From the NCBI GenBank assembly GCA_041666145.1, contig JBAYHK010000005.1, forward strand, positions 8,921-72,920: a DNA stretch of 64,000 nt, in the 5' to 3' direction. Within the stretch, counting starts at the first letter, position 1; each line of letters begins with the position of its first letter. The stretch is from Patescibacteria group bacterium. GTDB lineage: Bacteria; Patescibacteriota; Patescibacteriia; UBA9934. Of this stretch, positions 58,009-64,000 are shown piece after piece. The notes below the pieces were generated by a model that saw nothing but the letters and a program-made list of their open reading frames with translations, had not been told where the DNA came from and made no database searches. A program made the position numbers and the translations under genes.

Positions 58009-59283
58009 CTAATTCAGAGGAATCAACCTTTTCAATTCATCCTCAGAAGCAAACGGTCCAATTGCTGCAAGCGACATTCTTCCAAAAACAAGGTATTGGT
58101 TTGCAACACGTGCAATGTCAGACAATGTGACTGCATCGAATTTCTTCAATCGCTCATCTGGTTCTTGAATAACATCAAGAAACAACGCCTGTCTTCCGTA
58201 GTATTCTGCTCGACTTGCTGAATCTTCTAAATTTAATAATAAACCACCGCGTACATGATCCTTCACCATTTCAAGTTCTTCCGACGTAACACCGTGAACT
58301 GCCACTTTTCGTAATTCATTACAAATAACCTGCATCGCTTCTGCCAATCGATTGACATCAAGCCCTGCACGAACCGTAAACATGCCAGTGTCCTGATACG
58401 CTTCCGTTCCTGTCTGAACGCTATAGCACAACCCCCTGCGCTCGCGAACTTCTACAAATAATCTTGAGCTCATTGTGCCGCCAAGAATTGCCGAAAGAAG
58501 TTTAAGTGCTGGTTCATCAGCATGGCCGCGCTCAATCGTGGGAAATCCAAGAGCAAGCTGCACCTGTTCAACTTCTTTCTTCTGAAATCGCACACGACCT
58601 TGTAAAACATCATTTTCGATATGATCAAATTTCGATCGTAAGACACCAGAAGATGGCACTACTCCAAACGTTTTCTCAAGTTGTCCAATGAAGTCATCCG
58701 GAAGCTTTCCAGATGCAACAATGACCATATTTTCTGGTCGATAATGCGCAGAATGATACGCAATCACATCCCCACGCTGCATTGCCTTCATCGTCGCTGA
58801 AGTTCCTGCAATATTTCTTCCTAAAACATGTCCATCAAACATTGCTTCTTCAAGAAGATCCTCAATGTGCATCATTGGGTTCTCCTCATACATCTTTATT
58901 TCTTCAATAATGACTTGTTTTTCACGCTCCATTTCTTCTCCGTCAAACTTCGAATGGAATGTCATGTCATGCAAAAGGTCTATAGCAACTGGCAATTGTT
59001 CTGCAGCAATTTTCACCCAATATCCAGTTAAATCTTTTCCGGTATACGCATTAAATTGAGCTCCATACCGATCAAGTTCTTTTGAAATATCAACCGTCTG
59101 GGGACGACGTTCTGTTCCTTTAAACATTACATGCTCAACGAAATGAGATCCACCCCAAACTTTTGAATCTTCAAATCGTGATCCCACTTGAAAAAGCACC
59201 AAAATCGCAGCAGCATCAGTGCCAGAAAATGGCGCAAGAACAACGGTCGCGCCATTTTGAAGCGCTGTCTGTGTAAACGACAT
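58009..59283 (-). CDS. M16-family (pitrilysin/insulinase-like) zinc peptidase
   Basis: Inverted zinc motif HFVEHVMF (HxxEH) plus downstream E. Two-domain M16 length. Confidence 0.8.
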   Translation of the reverse strand: MSFTQTALQNGATVVLAPFSGTDAAAILVLFQVGSRFEDSKVWGGSHFVEHVMFKGTERRPQTVDISKELDRYGAQFNAYTGKDLTGYWVKIAAEQLPVAIDLLHDMTFHSKFDGEEMEREKQVIIEEIKMYEENPMMHIEDLLEEAMFDGHVLGRNIAGTSATMKAMQRGDVIAYHSAHYRPENMVIVASGKLPDDFIGQLEKTFGVVPSSGVLRSKFDHIENDVLQGRVRFQKKEVEQVQLALGFPTIERGHADEPALKLLSAILGGTMSSRLFVEVRERRGLCYSVQTGTEAYQDTGMFTVRAGLDVNRLAEAMQVICNELRKVAVHGVTSEELEMVKDHVRGGLLLNLEDSASRAEYYGRQALFLDVIQEPDERLKKFDAVTLSDIARVANQYLVFGRMSLAAIGPFASEDELKRLIPLN

Positions 59284-59290
59284 AGATAGA

Positions 59291-59830
59291 TTAAATCGTG
59301 GTGATTTCCTTTTCCTTCTTCTCACCGAGCTCGTCTATTTTTACCGTATATTCTTTAACAACTTTTTCTATCGCCTCTTCTATTCGTCGTTTTTCATCTT
59401 CTCCACCGTCTAACTTCGCAGCACTTTTTCTTGCCTCTTCACGAACTTTTCTAAGACTCACGCGAGCATCTTCTAACTTTTCCTTCATGATTTTTACCAT
59501 TTTTGTTCGCGTCTCTTCTGTCATCATTGGCATCATAAGCCGCAACGACTTTCCATCTACAACTGGATTAATGCCAACATCACTCTTCTGAATTGCAATC
59601 TCGATAAACTTCACAACACTACTATCCCAAGGTTCAATCAAAATCGTCTTCGAATCTGGAGTGGTAATCATCGCAAGCGCCTTAATAGGTTGCATTACCC
59701 CATATGCCTCAACCTGTACTGGCTCTAAAATGGCTGCAGATGCACGGCCTGTACGTATTGCTCCAAGCTCTGTAACACAATGATCAATCACCTTTTGAAA
59801 CTGTGGCTTCGCGTCATCGATAATGCTCAT
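59291..59830 (-). CDS. frr: Ribosome-recycling factor
   Basis: 179 aa from MSIIDD. Conserved AIRTGRAS...ILEPVQVEAYG and RRF helical C-terminus. Confidence 0.9.
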   Translation of the reverse strand: MSIIDDAKPQFQKVIDHCVTELGAIRTGRASAAILEPVQVEAYGVMQPIKALAMITTPDSKTILIEPWDSSVVKFIEIAIQKSDVGINPVVDGKSLRLMMPMMTEETRTKMVKIMKEKLEDARVSLRKVREEARKSAAKLDGGEDEKRRIEEAIEKVVKEYTVKIDELGEKKEKEITTI

Positions 59831-59854
59831 AGAAAAGAAAATTCTCTGTGCAGT

Positions 59855-59894
59855 GTAAAACGAACACCACACACGGTCAACGCGTGTGTGGTGA
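59855..59894 (-). terminator. Intrinsic terminator after the BNR-repeat gene
   Basis: caccacacacg-gtcaacg-cgtgtgtggtg (11-bp stem). The minus-strand tail is ttcgtttta. Confidence 0.45.
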
Positions 59895-59917
59895 AATTTC
59901 GCTCATGTTGGCGAAGT

Positions 59918-60976
59918 TTACTTTGATGTAACCGTTGCACTTCCAAGGTATAAATGCGTACTATCCTCTGGATCAATCATGAGAGCAAACCCGGCTCGAG
60001 TTGACGGAAGTTCACTCGTCGTCCATGCGCTTCCACCAGATGTCGAGCGGTTCAGTGTAGAGTCTGTAGCGTAATACATCGTGTCACTCCCTTCTGGTGC
60101 AATCGCAAGACCGTAGATTCTCACCTCACCACTTCCAGGAATCAACGAAATACCAGACCATGTTGCACCGCTATCAACCGAAGACAAAAGTCCATATTTT
60201 GTATTCATAATCAGAAGACTTCCATTCGCATTTTGTGCAAATCCGTACACGCGATCTGATGACTTAAAGTCCTTTAGCGTCTTTTCAAAATTCGTCCAAG
60301 TTGCACCGCTGTCTATTGTTCGACTCATTCCGCTTGTTTTTGTTCCTACAAGAACTATTCGGCTATCCGCGTTACTTATAGTGATCGATGTCGCCTCATC
60401 ATCAAGACGAGTCATCGTTGTCCAGCTATTTCCACCATCTACAGAACGAATAACGTCTCCAGATGTTGTAGCAATCCACAAAATTTTTGGATCGTACCAA
60501 TCAAGAGCCATTGCCGAAATCGTTACATCTGACTGGCTCCCAACATAACTCTCCGTATTGAAGCTTCTTCCGCAATCTTCTGTTTTCATTACACGATCCG
60601 TCTTTGCAACAAAATACGTACACACATCTTTCGAGCTAACACCAATCCCTACAACTTTCCCAGATCGCGCAAGGGTCTCTTCTGGTCGCTGCCAAGAAAC
60701 TCCACTATCAAGCGAATAGAAAACTCCATTCTCTAACGATCCGGCGTATACCGCAGAACTATCTTGAGGATCAACAGCAAACGTCGTCACATCAATTGCA
60801 GACAACGAGCTTACCCCAGTCGCGGTTGGAACTGCAGCAGTCTGCTGCCATGTCTTTCCTGCATCCGTCGATTGCCACACGCCTCCAGACGAGGACTCTA
60901 CAGACCCTCCAAAACACCCAGCACCCATCAATACCAGAGCAGCACATGCTGCAGAACCCTTCAAAAGATTATTCAT
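59918..60976 (-). CDS. BNR/Asp-box repeat beta-propeller lipoprotein (sialidase/Ycf48-like fold)
   Basis: Lipobox LMGAGC. Six S-x-D-x-G-x-(S/T)-W Asp-box repeats (STDAGKTW, SLDSGVSW, SVDGGNSW, TIDSGATW, SVDSGATW, STSGGSAW). Confidence 0.7.
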   Translation of the reverse strand: MNNLLKGSAACAALVLMGAGCFGGSVESSSGGVWQSTDAGKTWQQTAAVPTATGVSSLSAIDVTTFAVDPQDSSAVYAGSLENGVFYSLDSGVSWQRPEETLARSGKVVGIGVSSKDVCTYFVAKTDRVMKTEDCGRSFNTESYVGSQSDVTISAMALDWYDPKILWIATTSGDVIRSVDGGNSWTTMTRLDDEATSITISNADSRIVLVGTKTSGMSRTIDSGATWTNFEKTLKDFKSSDRVYGFAQNANGSLLIMNTKYGLLSSVDSGATWSGISLIPGSGEVRIYGLAIAPEGSDTMYYATDSTLNRSTSGGSAWTTSELPSTRAGFALMIDPEDSTHLYLGSATVTSK

Positions 60977-60977
60977 A

Positions 60978-61814
60978 TTAATCTAATTGTACCGCAAGTT
61001 CAGTAAACGCAATTAATGGATTTGCATTTGCCGCGATTCGCTCACGTGTTTTTAAGACTGCATGAAGTCCCTTTGCAGAAGCACGATTCGACATATGAAG
61101 TTCCTGTATGAGCGCAATAAAAAGCGACTCAAAATCCTTTAACTCTTGCTTCGCGATATCTTGAGCGGCTTTCAAACGTTCAACTCCCGAACAAGACACA
61201 AGTCGTTTTGCATTCAACAGAATGTCTTCAGATGCCGCTGAAGATACTCCAAAAAATGAAAGGGTCACTGCACGAGATCGAATAGTGGGAAGCAATGCAG
61301 ATTCTTCGTGGGAAATAAGCACAATAACAGTTCCAGCATTTGGCTCTTCTAACATCTTCAATAACGCATTCTGACTTGCCGTGTTCAACACATTTGCATC
61401 ATCAATAATCACAACTGCCTTCCCAGAAATCGACGATTGCCCTAACCGATGAAGAACGTCGCGGATGCTTTCAATGTCATATGCCCTTGTTCCATTCTCA
61501 CGAACTTCTGGAGAAAGCGAAATAAAATCTGGATGACGAAAAAGTTCATTCAAATCTACACGGAGAAAAGCCGATGCAAACTGCTTGGCTACTGTAGATT
61601 TCCCAATATGTTCAGGACCACAAAACGCAAAAACTCCATTTTCTGCTCCAGAAATAATAAAACGCTCCAAAACTGATATTTGGCGTTTATGGCCTAAGAT
61701 TTGCGAAAAATTCGCATGCATAAGGTTGACACTTTCGTACTTTTTTGGTATTGTACTTGGTTCGCTCCGCAACGGGAAACCCATGCATCCAAGGACGAAC
61801 AACCTCGTGGTCAC
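60978..61814 (-). CDS. holB: DNA polymerase III delta-prime subunit-like AAA+ protein
   Basis: FAFCGPEHIGKSTVAKQ Walker A-like, VVIIDDANVL, SRAVTL sensor region. 278 aa. Confidence 0.7.
   Translation of the reverse strand: MTTRLFVLGCMGFPLRSEPSTIPKKYESVNLMHANFSQILGHKRQISVLERFIISGAENGVFAFCGPEHIGKSTVAKQFASAFLRVDLNELFRHPDFISLSPEVRENGTRAYDIESIRDVLHRLGQSSISGKAVVIIDDANVLNTASQNALLKMLEEPNAGTVIVLISHEESALLPTIRSRAVTLSFFGVSSAASEDILLNAKRLVSCSGVERLKAAQDIAKQELKDFESLFIALIQELHMSNRASAKGLHAVLKTRERIAANANPLIAFTELAVQLD
61726..61754 (+). promoter_or_regulatory. Sigma70-like promoter candidate (TTGACA, 17-nt spacer, TATTGT) antisense inside the 5' end of holB
   Basis: ttgaca at 61726-61731 and tattgt at 61749-61754. 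It would transcribe the GC-rich 61.76-62.10 kb region that ends at a plus-strand-oriented terminator. Confidence 0.3.
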
Positions 61815-62078
61815 TGTCGTTTTTTCTATAACGAAACATCACACGTTCTCAAAAAAACAAGAAATCGTAACTTGAAAGCATTTAGAGAGACTTCGTTCTC
61901 TCTGCTGCTCTGGAGGAGAGAGATGGATCTACTCCGTGGGCAACACCATGCCGTAGATCCGACGCGCCAGCGGACGTATGGGCTTCGGCTCACCCGTTCC
62001 ACAGAGGTGCGTCATGGCACACATCAACTTCGGCTGATCACTATGCCCGATCACCTCCAGGACATTATAGAGAACACC

Positions 62079-62108
62079 AAGCGCCCAATAGGGCGCTTTT
62101 GGTTTTCT
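62079..62108 (+). terminator. Intrinsic terminator oriented for the plus strand
   Basis: aagcgccc-aata-gggcgctt (8-bp stem) followed by ttggttttct. The minus-strand read lacks a T-tract. Confidence 0.55.
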
Positions 62109-62862
62109 AAAGAACCCTCCCCCATTGCTCAGCCGCTCTCCAAGCAAGCTCAAACGTCGCCCTACAAACATCAGCAATAGCTCGAGAACGAACCTCGATA
62201 GCAATAAACTCTTTTTCTGAAGAAAGAAATAAAACCCGATCATAACAAATGGCCATTTCACCAGTAACCGCGAACAGCAATTTCGAAATAAGACGAATCT
62301 CATGAAATTCAGCAGAAGTCTGAATAGAGCCTCGATCGGTAAGAAGTATGCTTCGAACATGTTTATTCACCTCCGGACTCCCCACGTCCCGCAGTTGACG
62401 CATTTCCATTGCACAAAACGTTTCATAGTCCAAAAGCTGAACAATTTCACCAGGGAGCATTTGAAATTCCTTGTGAATATCTCGCAAACCCCCTTCACCA
62501 GAAAAATACCGCACCCCCGTGTCTTGACCACCAAATGCATGGAGCGCTCGAAGATTTGGAACAATCTCTTCAAAAGCGAGTGACCGTGCCTCTGCTCTGC
62601 GCCGCTCTGCTTCAAAAGATTCACGAATGACATGCGGTGACTCCATGAGGAAAACGCGCTCTCTTCCACGAAATATTGACCGCGCAAATCCATAACGAAC
62701 GAGTGTTGATAGCACGTCGTGAGCCGTAGCTCTTGAAAGCGCGAATTCCACAGAAACATCCCTTGCAGCAACCTCACCATGCTGAGTAAGGAAGACGTAT
62801 ACCTCGGCAATACGCGGTGGAATTCCAAGCGCAGTGAGCGAACTTGTCATTGCAGTAAACAT
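62107..62862 (-). CDS. TrmB-like winged-helix transcriptional regulator
   Basis: N-terminal LGIPPRIAEVYVFLTQHGEVAARDVSVEFALSRATAHDVLSTLVRYGFA matches the TrmB-type wHTH. Start placed at MFTAMTSS. Confidence 0.5.
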   Translation of the reverse strand: MFTAMTSSLTALGIPPRIAEVYVFLTQHGEVAARDVSVEFALSRATAHDVLSTLVRYGFARSIFRGRERVFLMESPHVIRESFEAERRRAEARSLAFEEIVPNLRALHAFGGQDTGVRYFSGEGGLRDIHKEFQMLPGEIVQLLDYETFCAMEMRQLRDVGSPEVNKHVRSILLTDRGSIQTSAEFHEIRLISKLLFAVTGEMAICYDRVLFLSSEKEFIAIEVRSRAIADVCRATFELAWRAAEQWGRVL

Positions 62863-62928
62863 ATATCTGCAGTATGCAGATCGCCTTTCGAAACATATCC
62901 GCAACCATATCTTCTTTTTGTTCGGACC

Positions 62929-63981
62929 CTACCGAATCATTGCACGAAGTGCCCCCAGCGTCTTTTGTGCACAATGAGCCCAAGAATACGTCGTAACACG
63001 CAAAAATCCTGCCTGCCGATATTGTTCGCATAACGCCGAATTCTGAAGCAAATTTTCTATACCTTGAGCAAACGCGGAAACATCATTTTGAGAAACAATC
63101 ATCGCCGCATTACCGGCAACCTCAATAGTCGAAGGAATGTTAGATGCAATAACCGGAGTGCCGTGTTCCATGGCTTCAAGGATAGAAATACCAAATCCCT
63201 CAGCTCGCGAGGGAAAGGCGAAGCAAAAAGCAAAACGAAGTAATATCGATGCATCATGATCCGTTATGTATCCAGGAAGACGAATGTCTTTTTCTATATT
63301 TTCTTCTGCAATCGCTCGTCGAATCTCCTGTTCTCCAAATCCAAATTTTCCAGCAAGTACGAGTGTCAACGGATGACCATGGCCAAGTCTTCTCTTTAAA
63401 GACGCGAATGCTCGAATAAGAAACAGAGTATTCTTCTTTTTTTCTAATCGGCTCATGGCAAAAACATATTTTCCTGCGCTAACTTGATATCTGCGAAGCA
63501 CTGCAGAAGGATCTTCTTCTACAACAGGCAAGGCTGGTGCAAGCGGAGTAACAGTAATGCGCGCAGCATCGATATGATATTCACGAAAAAGATCATTTTT
63601 CGTTGCGAGCGATGGAGCAAGAATCGTCTGCGCGCGACTTATCGCTCGACGAACCGCAAGATCCTGTCGACGAACCACAGACGGCTCGTAGACATCAGGA
63701 ACAATTTTGAAAGCAATATCATGCAACGTCGTTGCAACCTTCGTCGACGGTCGCATCAACATCGGCACCTCGTGACCAGGAACAAAAAGTACACTCGGTG
63801 GATGAAGCAACATCTCGATACTCAATCGACCGTGCGTCCATCCTCTAGGAATTCGCCAGCCAAGCTTCTTCCACGCCCATTGCTCCGGTAAGACAAGATC
63901 TCCCGGTTTTTCTCCATGCGCATACAAAATAATCCTCTCATCTTCCGCAAGCGGCTCTTTCATCATCGCCTCAAGCAACAT
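62929..63981 (-). CDS. GT4-family (GT-B fold) glycosyltransferase
   Basis: EGFGISILEAMEHGTPVIAS E-x7-E motif region and Rossmann-like halves. Confidence 0.8.
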   Translation of the reverse strand: MLLEAMMKEPLAEDERIILYAHGEKPGDLVLPEQWAWKKLGWRIPRGWTHGRLSIEMLLHPPSVLFVPGHEVPMLMRPSTKVATTLHDIAFKIVPDVYEPSVVRRQDLAVRRAISRAQTILAPSLATKNDLFREYHIDAARITVTPLAPALPVVEEDPSAVLRRYQVSAGKYVFAMSRLEKKKNTLFLIRAFASLKRRLGHGHPLTLVLAGKFGFGEQEIRRAIAEENIEKDIRLPGYITDHDASILLRFAFCFAFPSRAEGFGISILEAMEHGTPVIASNIPSTIEVAGNAAMIVSQNDVSAFAQGIENLLQNSALCEQYRQAGFLRVTTYSWAHCAQKTLGALRAMIR

Positions 63982-64000
63982 CCTCGTATATCGCGGTACT

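Noticed and set aside
61701-62360. Plus-strand 159-aa ORF (61701..62180) and minus-strand 143-aa ORF (61929..62360)
   Set aside because: Both run through an intrinsic-terminator hairpin and overlap the holB and TrmB-like genes out of frame. They are Arg- or Leu-rich low-complexity translations of GC-rich structured DNA, so likely non-coding.

Overview
The window is a gene-dense chromosomal segment of about 40-45% GC (estimated by eye), and almost all genes are on the minus strand. It combines minimal housekeeping genes (lepA, secDF, tgt, gpmI, tpiA, frr, dnaB, ybaB-recR, mraZ-rsmH-ftsL, uvrC, uvrD, rpmG, holB) with type IV pilus genes (pilD-pilin-pilM), secreted repeat proteins and a CotH/DUF4956/VTC triad. 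That mix looks like a Candidate Phyla Radiation (Patescibacteria/Parcubacteria-like) bacterium, but this is an inference. I found three tRNA genes (Thr-UGU, Tyr-GUA, Thr-GGU), no rRNA and no CRISPR array.

Seven places deserve a second look:
1. The tRNA cluster (47.6-48.4 kb) is interleaved with structured ~125-nt modules closed by 17-20-bp perfect inverted repeats, plus a degenerate tandem duplication. These could be MITE-like elements or unrecognised ncRNA(s).
2. A two-gene module pairs a VirD4/TraG-like P-loop ATPase carrying a C-terminal zinc ribbon with a large bitopic membrane protein, directly upstream of secDF (10.4-13.9 kb).
3. SecD carries two tandem parvulin-type PPIase domains inserted in its periplasmic head.
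4. A type I R-M module has only HsdM and HsdS, followed by a Cys-cluster PD-(D/E)XK nuclease, a DUF45 metallopeptidase and a GIY-YIG protein, with no SF2 HsdR. Next to it is a GC-richer islet.
5. An 833-aa secreted protein has four ~140-aa tandem repeats.
6. A 9-nt microsatellite encodes (LED)n in a small ORF.
7. A GC-rich, orphan promoter-to-terminator region on the plus strand upstream of holB may be a ncRNA.

Every call comes from reading the sequence and remembered family signatures. No searches were run.
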